Notes under the pieces: model-generated
The model's database searches: none
Told to the model about the DNA's origin: nothing
What the model saw: the letters and a program-made list of their open reading frames with translations, nothing else
NCBI RefSeq assembly: GCF_009914755.1
Contig: NC_060929.1
Direction: 5' to 3' (one strand)
Length of the DNA: 64,000 nt
From: the human T2T-CHM13v2.0 reference genome, Homo sapiens
In this document: one piece after another, positions 45,093-57,950 of the stretch
Layout: the number at the start of each line of letters is the position of its first letter
Numbering within the stretch: the stretch's first letter is position 1
Program-made: the position numbers and the translations under genes

Positions 45093-47695
45093 TGACCCTA
45101 ATATACCTCTGTTTCTTAAGAAGAGAGCAGCTCTAATTACTTTCGTGGGAGTAGGAATGAAATCTGACCTTCCAACCATATTGAAAAATAAATTAGATAT
45201 TACTTTTTAAACCTATTTTTCCCATGTTGACTTCAAGATTTAAACCTTATTAATGGGATGTTGTTTTCAGGAACTTAACTCTGGCTCTCTTTATAGGATG
45301 CGTATTAATCCCTTTGCCAGGAGTTTTATAGATGGGAGAACGACAGTCACCCAAGACCCTTCTATAACTCCTGCTTTCAGTCATATATAATGATAACGAT
45401 TACACACCCATGGAACTCGGAGGCCATACTTCATTTGTATATCAAGATTGCACAAACTGATGGATTGACATGAGAAGAGTGTGATGCCAACCTCCAGACT
45501 AAGTCAAAGAAGGAGAAGAATAATCTGTGCCTTGCTAATGCAAATGTGGTCATAAGGGATGCTGACCTTTCTTACAAATTGCTAAATGCACACTGATCCC
45601 TCCAACATTTAAAACGTTACTCACCCTCAAGAGATTATTCATCCCTGACTTGACAGAGAATGCAAGAACATTACTTGAGTGCCAAAGCCAATAGATATGA
45701 CTTTCCAAAGAAGCATGCTTTGTGGGAGGATATGGGCTTTACCCCAGCTGCTTGGGTAATCTGAGAGCCAAAGAAAGATATGACTGTCAGAGAAGACACC
45801 TGATGAGTTCCAGAACTTCAGTTTAGGGAAGTATTTCACACGACTAAACAATTTATCAAAAGTGGCCAAATACTGCTAGCAGTGTGTAGTATGTCATGGG
45901 TGAGTTGATGGGATTCGTTTGTGATGAAGCCAGAGTCCCAGCATCTTGCCAGGCAGTGGAGAGGTAAACAGACCAGAAAAGCAACGATTAATACAAAGAA
46001 AGGAACACATCTACTGTCAGGGCCACCTCAGGTTTTATCACCATGGTAGGAAGAAAAGGAGATTTTGCTGTCTGTCTAGGGTATTTCAAGTCCACAAAAC
46101 CTTCTCATTCTTCATATTTTGAGAAAACTTTGGAAACATAAAATTATTTTTTAAAAACAAACACCTAACATTTCTCGTGACTGTACTTTTGAACTTTCTT
46201 ACTTGCTCAGTTGATCATTTCATAACTAAAGGACTTTAAAGATTCCTGAAATTATACAATGTTTTTAATATTTTCTAGTTTGAAATATTAATATGACAAC
46301 ATGGGCCAGATTTGTTTTGAAGGATACACATAAAATCTGTCTATAACATGATAAAATATTAGGAAATATATGTTTTAAAGCTTTAAGTTCATCAAGGGTA
46401 GCTCTTGCTTTAAGATAACTTAATACGTGAAATTGAGTATTTACACAAAAGTGAACATTTACTTCAGCCAAGCATTCTTTACTTTCCAGGCCTCTTCAAT
46501 TATTTTACACAGCACATTCCCAAGTACATTTAAAAATGCTTGAATTACAGATACTACATCAATAAATAAATTCTTGGTGAAAAAATACTTGTTCAAGTGA
46601 GGAAAACCTACATTGTCATAAGTGAATGAAGCAATTAAACTTGCAGAGGGTGTCAAATATCCCAAACTAGTTATTTGGTATACTGGTATACTCAGTTTGA
46701 TTTCACGTAAACTGATTAATAAATGCTCAGCGCTTTTCACTCAGAATTAAGAATAACAATTCTTCTACAAGTTACTTTAATCTCTAACAGATATAAAAGA
46801 GTTCATAGATTTCCCACTTAAATCAATGAATTTCATTTGATACTAGTGATTTGAGTATGCATTTTTTCATTCATTCATCAAACTTAACTTTAGCCCTTGG
46901 CATGTTTCAGGCACTATGGTACTTGCTGGGAGATACAGCTTAGCGAGGGAGGCAGACATAAATTACACAAATTACTACAAGCTATTATAAGTGGCCTGAA
47001 GGAGAAGCACAGGGTGTTAGGAATTGTATATAAGGGACGTGCCCTAGACTAGGGACTCAGAAAAAGAGTCCTGGAGGGAGTGACATTTAAGCTAAGACAG
47101 CACTCTTAATAATAACAGCTCCCATTTACTGACATTATGCTAAAGGTGCTTTAAAAGTGTTAGTGATGATCTATTGAATTAGATACTTTGATTTTGCCAC
47201 TTTGTGCATGGGGAAACTGAGACTCAAAAAGAGCAAGTGGCTTGTCAAAGGTAGACACATCTAGGAAGTAACACAGCCTGCAGTTAAACCCAGATGCTGA
47301 CTCCAGAACATGTATTGTAGGCTTAACTATTAGTTATAGTACCTCTCCAGAGAACAGGATGAGACGAGTGAATTAAATAAAGGGAGGAAAAGAGTGTTCC
47401 AGATGAGAAATAACTATAATCTCAAATGACTAAGAGCACAGATTATAACAAATATGTGCACTTGGCAAATCTAACTGAAACTAGCAAAGAAACATTTCCC
47501 AACAGAATCTAATTTCTGTTACAGAAAGAGGCTTCCTTCAAACAAAATATTTGCAAAGATTGTCACCTAGTGGCAACAGGCAGGAGGTGGGTTTTGGGCT
47601 GGTATTTCTGAAGAGGTATATCCAGTTGCTTACCTGGGGATGCTGATCATCAATTTCCATGTCTACTGTGTGCACTGGGCAATCCCAAATGGATT

Positions 47696-48038
47696 TTCTC
47701 TTTATAACAAAATTTCTGGGGAAAAAAAATCTTTACATCCATTATCTCCATTTTCTTACCTTTTGTTCTTTTGTTTGTTTTTCCCACTTTAACCAGGATT
47801 TGGTCCCAACCAATACTATGAAGTGGCTCTTGTTAGGTTTACCAGTGATTCCTACCTTGCAAAATTCGGTAGTCAATATTTAGTCCTCACTTCTGGTGAA
47901 ATTTGACAGAGTTGCTTGCTCTCATTGATTTGAGTCTTTATGTCTTGGGATGCCACACTCTCCTTGCCCTCTTCTTCTCAGTTTCTTTTGCAGACTACAA
48001 TTTCTGCCTGAGCTAAGCCAGACTCAAAGGGTTGATCT
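47696..48038 (+). repeat. 343-bp inverted duplication, copy A
   Basis: Reverse complement of 51894-52236; the ORF track gives an identical peptide (LFITKFLGKK...LQNSVVNI) on opposite strands. Confidence 0.97.
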
Positions 48039-48834
48039 AGAAATAAAATACATTAACCTAAACATTATGATATCAGCAACCATTTCTTTCAACTGAATTG
48101 AGATACAAACAGAAAAGTATGGTGTCACAGTTTCAAGCCCTCAGAGACAGAAAATGACCCCAAGTTTTATCCTATCCCTCTGTGACTTGGGCCAAATAAA
48201 TTTGGGCCAACAAAATGGTGAGCAATGTAAATCATGGCTAATGAATATGTTTTATTGGACAGTGAAGTTTTGGGTTGCTTTACTGGATAAAGAGCCTCCA
48301 AGTAGTGGAGGGACTGTCAAAAAATATAAGGGATATGTAATGAGTGCTAGAAAGGAGGAATCCATAACAACTACAGTCTTTTAAATGGTTGCAAAAGTTA
48401 GGACTCTCGTTTTTAATATCATGTATATCTTAAACTAACCAGAGTGAGTACACTTCTTAGCAAGTAAAAACTATAACTGATAGAAACATGCAGTCTTAAT
48501 TCTAACTGGCTTAGGTGCTAAAATCACCTGAAGAAGTTAGTTAGAGGTGTGGCGGTAATCTGAAGTGGAACAAAGGAAGGGATTCCACATAAGCTGTTTG
48601 AATCTTTATTTTCCTCCACAAACGATTAAGCCCTTTTATTTAGGATAAGTTTTCTTTTCATTCAACTGAGACATTTTTCTCAAAGAAGCCAGATCCAGTC
48701 TCTGGAAATTAGCAACTTTCCATTTTAGCCTAAGTGTAGAATGGGAACTTGACAGGTTAAACATCACATGTTAGTCTACTCAAGATCAGACACAAGTATT
48801 GCTATGTGTATTGGTTAAAACCCTTTACATTGCT

Positions 48835-49226
<392 letters not shown>

Positions 49227-49366
49227 CTAGCTTCATGAGAGGCTTGATGCAGGGCTCAAATGGCATGACCAGAACTCTTTGCTCCCTCTCTTCCAAGCAG
49301 ATTTGTCTTTCATGAACCCAAGTTGTCAGCTGGAAGCTCTGGGTTATAAAGTTTAAGTACAGAGGG

Positions 49367-49764
49367 TGTATTAATCTGCTCAGGCAACTGTAACAAAATA
49401 CCACAGATTGGGTGGCTTAAATAACAGACATTTTCTCACAGTTCTGGAGGCTGGGAGTCCAAGACTAAGGTTGGTTTCTGGTGAAGTCTCTCTCCCTGGG
49501 TTGCAGACAGCCTCCTTCTCGCTGTGCGCACTTGGGAGTAGTGGGGAAAAGAGAGGGAGAGATAAAGAGGAAGGGGATCTATCTCTGATGTCTCTTCCTC
49601 TTCTTATAAGGACAGTAGCCCTATCAATTAAGGCCTCACCCTTGTGACCTCATTTAACCTAAAGGGCCCTGTCTCCAAATACAGTCACATTGGGAATTAG
49701 GGTTTCAACATATGAATATGGGGTGGGGGGCAATGGAGGTGAGGACACAATTCAGACTATAACA
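49367..49764. mobile_element. MLT1A-like solo LTR
   Basis: TGTATTAATCTGCTCAGG...AAATACCACAGATTGGGTGGCTTAA...ATTCAGACTATAACA; near-TSD GAGGG/GAGGC. Confidence 0.82.
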
Positions 49765-51893
49765 GAGGCAGTTAACAAAATCCATTTTTCCAGCTGTCCC
49801 AGTGAAAAATCTCTTTGGCTTAGATTCCATCACATGCACATCTTTGAATCAATTACTGTAACCAGGGTGACGGGATATCCTAGAGATGAAAGGTAGCATC
49901 AGTTTTAAAGAATTCATATGGCTGAAAATTGAGAAAATAGAAATTATACAAAAGAATAATCAGAATTCTCTTGGTGGGAATAGGAGGAAGGAATTCATGC
50001 TAGGATGTTAGCTGTTAAATGTCTACTATATTGGGATGGTGCACTCTTTCTCTGAGAGAAGATTCCCCCTATTTAAAGAAAAAATAGTATAGCTATTAGG
50101 CTCATTCAGAGTTCAAGCTGATGCTATACATTGTTGATACAGGAGAGATCGCAGACTGGGTTTCATTATCATTATTACTATTAAACAGTCAAACCCACCT
50201 GCCTGGTACAATGATTCATTCTGATATCTAATTATCACAGTGGAAGTTGTGACAATTCAATTTCCTGATCTCTTCTCATATGGCTCCTGTTTTTCTTGTT
50301 GGATCCTTATTCTCCTCCTGTGCCATGGATTAGGACAATCCCAAAAGTCCTGCACACACCCCTCCGTTCTCTCTCAAAGCTTTTTTTCTTCATCTCGGCC
50401 ATCCCCCAAGTTTCAGTGACCACAACCTTGAGTGTAACTTTCGTAACTTCATATTCCAGCCCATCCTATAAATCACAGCACTCTACAGCTTAATCTCATT
50501 CTTATTTGCAGACTCTGTGTCTCAGAGTCCTGAGCTTGTTTTTGCTTGATCCCAGCGATGACTAGCTTGCAGCTCTACTTAATAACATGAAGGAACAAGA
50601 AAGTCTAAGTCATCCTCTAAGTAAGGATTTACTGTTTATTGTTTGGTAAATGTCTCTTCCACTAAACTCTAAGTTCGTTTAATACAGAGACTATTCATTT
50701 GTAATGCCCAAAACAAATGATCATTCAATAAGTTCCTGTCAAAATATATGCAGCTTTCAATATAACGTAACAGTCTAATCCTCTCGTTTCGTCTAGAACA
50801 GTCACAATGAAGAAATGATGACAAGTTCACTACAGGAGTCTATCCCAGTTCTGAACAGCTATAATATTAGGAATTGTAACTGAGGGCCACAGAGTTGGGA
50901 GGTGGGTGTTGTTTCCCAGAATCTGAACTCCCATCCTATGCTTGGTGAATCCACTACTGTGTGAGGAGGCCAAGTCCCATCTCTCCTTACGTAAATGGAA
51001 AATAACAGATACAAGGTTGCTGTTTTTTGCTTTTTCCTGACCTTTGGTATTTAGGCCATGGTATGCGGACCTTGCCTGAGTACGGAGATCTGCATCTGGT
51101 ATTGTGAATCAGAAGTTCCATTAAGTTATCTTAAAAGTAGAACCCATCTAGAATTCATTTCACTTGTGACATCTAGCGTCCAGTGGTGGTATTGGCAGTC
51201 CTGTATTCAGGCCATCCCTAAAGAATGACCTTTATTATGACATGGGGTAACCTCTAAGACTTTCCTAATGCTGTCCCCTCCCCTAGAATGCACCCCTCCT
51301 TAGCTCTGCCATCCTTCAAGGCCCTGCTTGAAGTGTCACATGCACTGGGAAGTTTTAAAGGAACATTTAGACAAAATATACCTCTCCCTTCACACAACTC
51401 CTTTAGTGTGGGGCACATACCACTTGCGTAGCATTTACAGCCCTGTAAGTTCTATTTGTTTTTTAAAATCTCCTACTATATTGCGAGCATCTTCTAGGCA
51501 ATAGTCGAGTTTACCACATCTCTGAATTCCTCCACTATGCCTAACACATTGCAGTCACTCAATTAATAGTTTAAAATACATATTTTTAAAATAGAATAGG
51601 AAGAAACATTAATAACATAGGGTATACCTTCTCTTGTAACAAAGGAGAAAAAATAAGTTCAGATCGATTTTAGATTACCTAATTGCAGCCAGTCATGATT
51701 GGCCTAAGCTAGAACAATCTTTTCCTGGCCCCTGAGTTAAGGAATCTTTGTTCAGTGATAGGGAAAATGGTATTTGTTTCATTTCTCCAAGAACATAGGT
51801 GTGATTACAAATGAACGAGCATCTGGTTCATTGGAGTCCCAGATAAATCTGTGAGACAACACTGTGAGCAATTTGTTGCCAATCTTAAAGCTC

Positions 51894-52236
51894 AGATCAA
51901 CCCTTTGAGTCTGGCTTAGCTCAGGCAGAAATTGTAGTCTGCAAAAGAAACTGAGAAGAAGAGGGCAAGGAGAGTGTGGCATCCCAAGACATAAAGACTC
52001 AAATCAATGAGAGCAAGCAACTCTGTCAAATTTCACCAGAAGTGAGGACTAAATATTGACTACCGAATTTTGCAAGGTAGGAATCACTGGTAAACCTAAC
52101 AAGAGCCACTTCATAGTATTGGTTGGGACCAAATCCTGGTTAAAGTGGGAAAAACAAACAAAAGAACAAAAGGTAAGAAAATGGAGATAATGGATGTAAA
52201 GATTTTTTTTCCCCAGAAATTTTGTTATAAAGAGAA
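51894..52236 (-). repeat. 343-bp inverted duplication, copy B
   Basis: AGATCAACCCTTTGAG...TTATAAAGAGAA is the reverse complement of 47696-48038. Confidence 0.97.
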
Positions 52237-52440
52237 GAAAACAAATGGGGTGGTTGCCGATTGGTGTCAAGGAGGATTTTTTAAAAAATGAAATCATGAA
52301 ATGATTTTATGGCAATCACTGCAGCATGTTTATGAACTGATAGGGAAGATCCAATAGAGAAGAAAAAACTGAAGATGCAAAAAAGAGCAGTTAGAGCCAA
52401 GTTCTCAAATAGGCAAGAAAAGATGGGCTCGAAAGAACGA
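51990..52440 (-). mobile_element. L2 LINE remnant (likely donor of the inverted duplication)
   Basis: GAGGACTAAATATTGACTAC...CACTGGTAAACCTAACAAGAGC...; L2-like sequence continues past 52236 (GATAGGGAAGATCCAATAGAGAAG). Confidence 0.6.
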
Positions 52441-52939
52441 CATGATTCATGTAACAGTTACTAGGACTCATCAGTGCTCATTAAATGTTATCTATTATTA
52501 TTTCTGATCGCTTCAATTTTTGAATAGGCATCAGGGTTACAAAATATTATTATTAAAAACACATGCAAACAGCTTGGACTCTAAGACTGCATTCAATTCT
52601 AGTTCTACCACTTGGACAAGGCACTTTTTTTCTTCGGGCTTTTTCTCTGTAGAAAACGAGGAGTAATATCTGCCTCATAAGGCTGCGGGCTTAACTGAGA
52701 TAATCTGTAAACTTTAACACATGGTGGGAACTTAAATATTAACGCCAGTATTACCACTGGTAGGGTGCATGAGATCGCACGATGGTGCCAAAGGTGTCTC
52801 TCCACCGCCCAGCCCAGCGACACTGTTCCCCTAGAAGGCATTGTCGTAAAAACAAAAAAAAAAAAAAAAAACGAACAAACAAAACACCAAAACACGGAAA
52901 CTAAAAGCAAATACTTAAAAGACATGCAGGAAACCAGCC

Positions 52940-53560
52940 CAAGGAAAAATTTATGTGGAGCCACGTCTGCGCCTGCGCCTGCGCCAAGCCCACGGCGCGC
53001 CACTTGCACATGCGCAGTAGCTGTAGGAGGGGGTGGGCGCTCCATTGGGCGTTTCTCTTGGTTTTTCCTTTCCGCGCGGCTTGGGCGGACGTCTCGTGAG
53101 ACGTGGGACTTCTCGCGGGAACTGCATTCAAATATCCCAGGCGCTTACTCGAGAGCTAGCTGAGCGAATGGGCCGGCGACTGTGGAGTTAGCGTCCTCAA
53201 TGTGGACGCCCTGAGCTCCCATTAGGAGCCGCTGGCTGCGGCAGCAGGGGACTAGCGTGAGAGGTAGGGGCAAGGGGCCTGGTGGGAGGTGGGTGTGGAG
53301 AGCGGCAGTGGGGAGAGTCGAACAGGCCCTAAAGAAAGCTAGGGGCCGGGGTCTCGGCCGAGGCCTTTAGCTGAAACATCTCCTTCCCCGGAACCCTGGG
53401 GTCTTATACACTGGGTTCCGAGCCGGTCTTATCTTCCGCTGGACCACCTCGCCGCCCTCAGGGATTCTGGACAAATATGGAAGGTTGGGTCGGTTGCCGG
53501 GTCCTCAAAATTATAACCGCCACTGGATCTGCGCTGTGCGGTACGGTAGCCTCTAGCCCG
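52940..53560 (+). promoter_or_regulatory. CpG island / TATA-less SPDL1 promoter
   Basis: Only CpG-dense stretch in the window. NRF1-like (TGCGCC)3 52968-52985 and GCACATGCGCA 53006-53016; reverse CCAAT (ATTGG) 53044-53048; E2F-like TTTCCGCG 53069-53076; GC box 53083-53088; TCTCGCGAGA-like motifs 53092-53101 and 53111-53120; reverse CHR TTCAAA 53127-53132. Confidence 0.88.
53130..53263 (+). other. SPDL1: SPDL1 non-coding exon 1 (5' UTR); start approximate
   Basis: Lies in the CpG island and ends at donor GAG|gtaggg (53263/53264). The TSS cannot be fixed from sequence. Confidence 0.75.
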
Positions 53561-53795
53561 AACTAAGAAATGGTGCAGATGGGAGATACATATTGGGTTT
53601 CAGAGATAGCGCATAAGGAGTAATATCTCATTAATAATTTTTATAATGATTACATGTTGAAATGATGTTTTGAGTGTATTTGTTTAAATATGTAAATTAA
53701 TTTTTCATCTTTGTTTACTTTTTAAATCATGATGGCTCCTAGAACATTTAAAATCACGTACATGACTCGCGTTATATTTCTGCTGGACAGCACTG
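53530..53795. mobile_element. MER33-like (hAT-Charlie) element at the edge of the CpG island
   Basis: AATATCTCATTAATAATTTTTATAATGATTACATGTTGAAATGAT...TATATTTCTGCTGGACAGCACTG. Confidence 0.7.
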
Positions 53796-54190
53796 CCCCA
53801 GCCGTGTGTCAGATTCTACCCTAATTGCTTTTCATTCGTTATCTCATTTAATCCTTTCAGTAACCGATTAGGTGGGTGTTATTGTGCTTGTTTTTATAGA
53901 TGATTAAACAAGAAATTAAATAACTTGTCCAAGTTCATGCAGCCAGTGAGTAGTGGAGGCGGGGTAAGAACTCAGGCAGTTTGATTCCCAGAGTTTCCTG
54001 TGTCCCAAATGCTTTGTGTGTGCTATATTTTTGAGAAGCAGGACAGGAAAAATGGTTGCAGCACCATGGTTTCTAGGTAGATTCTAGTTCCCATCACACT
54101 TCGCGTCTTAACTTGCGGGTAACCCTAAGCAAGTTACTTAAAACTTTCTATGCCTCAGCTTGCATGTGTAAAATGAGGGAAATACCTTCA

Positions 54191-54403
<213 letters not shown>

Positions 54404-55099
54404 AAGAATGTGTATAAAGCACCAAGCACAATGTCTGTCACACATTAGTAGTTTTTAATCAACCACGGCTATCTCTCTTTGTAGATTGATAGGTTAACTC
54501 TTTCTCATCCATTAGACCTCTGCTGAAAAGTTACTTCCTCAGGAAAATTTTTTTGTCCATGTTCCCTTCTACGCGCTGCCCCCCAGATTAGGACAGCTCC
54601 CCCTTGTTACAGGCTCAGGTAGCATACATCTGTCTCTCTTGCACTTATCATACTTGTAACTTGATAGTTCAATTACTTGATTTAATGTCTTTTACTAATA
54701 GACTAGGATTCAAGAAGACAGGAATATTGTTTTAGGTTGCCATTGTGTTGTCAACACTAGCACAATGTCTCACACAATAAGAATTCCAGCAAATTTTTTG
54801 AATAAACTAAAGCAAATTTTTTTTGGCTTCTCTGGATATGCCTGGCTGGAATGTCTTGAGGTTAACCCTATTTTTATTTTGGTAGTTGAGATGACAGTAT
54901 TTACTTAACTCAAGCTCATCAAGATAATTAGATGAGATAATATATTTGAAGCAGTTAGCATGGCAAATGGTAAATCCTCAACGAATGTAAGTTATTGTGA
55001 ACAGTACAACATTTAGTTGGCTGGCCGTATCATGTACAGGCTTTGAAAAGGTCTTGCATTTTAGAGCAGTGACTGCCAAGCTGGGATTACCTAGAACAC

Positions 55100-56690
55100 C
55101 TTTTTTTCTCTCTTAAACCCTGTATCTCTTCCCTTGTCTTCATTCTCAGTTAAAGACCTTGCTTCCTAATTCATTGATAAATTGAAGCAGTTAAAAGGTT
55201 ACTTACACAGACTTCCACCACTGTACCTGCTTATCAGCATCTAAACTCATATACTTTGCTTAAATGAAATATCCATGCTTCTATTAAAACCAGTCTCTAC
55301 ATTAAACTTCATCCTGTTTATTCAGGGACATCACTAGCAATTCTCCAGTGTCTTCTAGATCATCAGTTTTTCTTCTCTCCTGGATTTATCCCATGACCTA
55401 CAAACACTGTTATTTTTTTCCATCTTAAAAATAAAAAAACTTGTCCCTACTTCCTCTCCAACTGCTGCTCCGTTTATCCGTTATCCTTTGCAGCAAACCT
55501 GTGCTTGCTATCTTTATCTCCTACCATTCTCTCTTGAAGGCATTCTAGTTAGGCTTTCACCCCCACCTGGATATCAAAACTGTTCTTGTCACCAGAGACC
55601 TCCAGGAATTCAAGTTCAATGGCCAGTTCTCTGCTCTCACCTTAATTGCCTTAGCAGCAGCATCTGGCATGATTGATTACTCCCACCTCCTTAATACACT
55701 GTTTATTGCCTTCCAGGACAACACATACTCCTGGTTTTCCTTCTACCTCACTGGTCACTCCTGATTCTCCGCTGTCTTCTTCCCTACCTCATAACAGGGT
55801 TCAGTCGTTGGTCCATTTCTCTTTAAATACTTTTATCCTCTATAGACTGATAATTCTCAAATTTGCATATCCAGCCAAGATTCCTCTTCTCATATATCCA
55901 ATTGCCTACTTGACATAGTTCATGTTCAAAACTCAAATTCCTGATTTTATTTCCAAAACATTATTTACATCAGTGCTTCAGCTGATGGCAATTCCATTTT
56001 ACTAGGTGCTCAGGCCAGAAGACTTGGAGGCATTTTTTACTTTTCCCTTTTTCACACATCCCAAATTATATCTTTCAGAAAATCATATTGACCTTACCTT
56101 CAAAACCTTCAAAATCTGGCCATTTCTCACAGCCTCCTATGCTGCCACCCTAGTCTGAGCCATTTCACATGGTCTCTGCTTCCAGCCTTGTTCCCCTTCT
56201 AAACTAGTCAACATAGCAGCCAAAATGATTCTTTTAAATTATATCAGATCCTCTACTCCAGACTTTGGAATGACTTCCCATGTCACCCAAAGTAGGAGCC
56301 AAAGTCCTTATAATGGCCTGATTTGCCCACTCTCTACTATCTCTTAGCCAAATTTCATTCCCTGGGCTTCTTCCTGCCTTAAGGATTCCCCTCTTGCTGG
56401 AACATTCTTCTTCTAAATAGCTGCCTGGCTGATTCTCTCATCTTCTGCCTCCTGGTTACATCACCTGTCCCTTCTTCCCAGGTTCTTATTCTGTTCTATT
56501 TTTTCTCATCTCCCCTTTCTAATTTATTAATATTCTGTTACTTACTGTTTATCTTCCCCTCCTGGAATGTAAGTTTCATGAGGGAGGAGCTTTTTTTTCG
56601 TCCATTTTGTTCCCTAATGAATCTGAACTGCCCAGAATGGAACCTAGTATATAAGGCATTCAAGAAATACTTGTTCAGTGAATGACTACA
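55100..56690 (+). mobile_element. L2 LINE remnant, SPDL1 intron 1
   Basis: Pyrimidine-rich degenerate L2 (ATATCCAATTGCCTACTTGACAT; TCCTTATAATGGCCT) ending in an L2 3' tail AAATACTTGTTCAGTGAATGA. Confidence 0.7.
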
Positions 56691-57129
56691 TTGACTTGAG
56701 ACATGGGGGAACATCTTGCAATGACCTGGTGCCCTTTGAAGGCAAAGGTGAGTTTGAGTCTCGCTTAGGAGGCTGGGACCAAATAGTAAAGGATAATTAG
56801 TAAGGTTGATTAAAGTGGAATGTTTCTATATATAATGTTTAAGTCTTTGTTTATAAATCTAGAATGAAAGCAACATCCTTTAATTCTTATGGATATGGTT
56901 TCTATTTTTGCATACTTTTATGAATAACTAGAAAAATACTAGTGAATCTCTTTCCAGGAAAGCAGATTTAATATATTCAGGAAGTTAACACTGTTGTGAA
57001 AAATTACAGACATGATATTTCTTACTTTACCTTATGAGCCTTATTCACAGCTGCCTTTTTATATTTTATGTGTTTATAGTACCCAGACCTTCCTTTTCTG
57101 GTGGTATTATTGTTATTATCATTATTATT

Positions 57130-57380
57130 TCTCAAGACAGTGTCTTGCTCTGTCAGTGCCATGATCATAACTCACTGAAGCCTCTAACTCCATCAATTTT
57201 CCTTCCTTAGCCTCCCAAGTAGCTAGGACTACGGGGGCTTGCCACCATCCCCACCTTATTTCTATTGATTGATTGATTGAGATGGAGTCTTGCTATGTTG
57301 TTCAGGCTGGTCTCGAATTCCTGGCCTCAAGTAATCCTCCCCAGTTGCTGGGATTACAAGCATGAGCCACCATACCTGCT
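57130..57380 (-). mobile_element. Degenerate AluJ-like element, SPDL1 intron 1
   Basis: AGCCTCCCAAGTAGCTAGGACTAC...CAGGCTGGTCTCGAATTCCTGGCCTCAAG. Confidence 0.8.
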
Positions 57381-57791
57381 ACTATGAGGTTTCTTGATTA
57401 CTTTTTTGTTATTCCCTTAATTTTGATTATATGGATAGTGGTCCAATTATGAGACCAAACTTACCTTAACATATTGGAAGCTTAGCATACAACAACTGAA
57501 CAGTTTTCTGATGGTGAACTGTTTAGAAGCAAAATTAAATGTATTCTATTCCACTCTTTAATTTTTGATCCCAAATCAGTAACGGAATTGTCAGAACAGT
57601 TCTTGCTCTTGGAACAAGAATGCAAATTTGACTACTTATTAGTCAGGAAGAAAATTTTAATGTTTTTATACGACAGTAGTATTGAGTAGATATGTTTCTT
57701 CTGTTATTGATATTATTGCATGGAGTTTTTTGTATAAGCTTAAGTAGTTTTATTTCCTCTATTTACAGTTGGCTAAAAAAAAGAAAAGAAC

Positions 57792-57950
57792 ATGGAGGCA
57801 GATATAATCACAAATCTTCGATGCAGGCTCAAAGAGGCTGAAGAAGAGCGACTAAAAGCTGCACAGTATGGTTTACAACTAGTAGAGAGTCAAAATGAAT
57901 TACAGAATCAATTGGATAAATGTCGTAATGAAATGATGACCATGACTGAG
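57792..57950 (+). CDS. SPDL1: SPDL1 (Spindly) first coding exon (exon 2 = 57769-57950), aa 1-53, with CC1 box AAQYG
   Basis: Translates MEADIITNLRCRLKEAEEERLKAAQYGLQLVESQNELQNQLDKCRNEMMTMTE, recognised as the human Spindly N-terminus. Acceptor tttacag|TTGG at 57768/57769; donor GAG|gtagga at 57950/57951; 159 nt, phase 0. Confidence 0.97.

Noticed and set aside
52605-53163. Overlapping 146-, 132- and 76-aa ORFs across the promoter
   Set aside because: GC-rich, stop-poor CpG-island edge with an A-tract and no recognisable protein. A divergent non-coding transcript is possible but cannot be shown from sequence.
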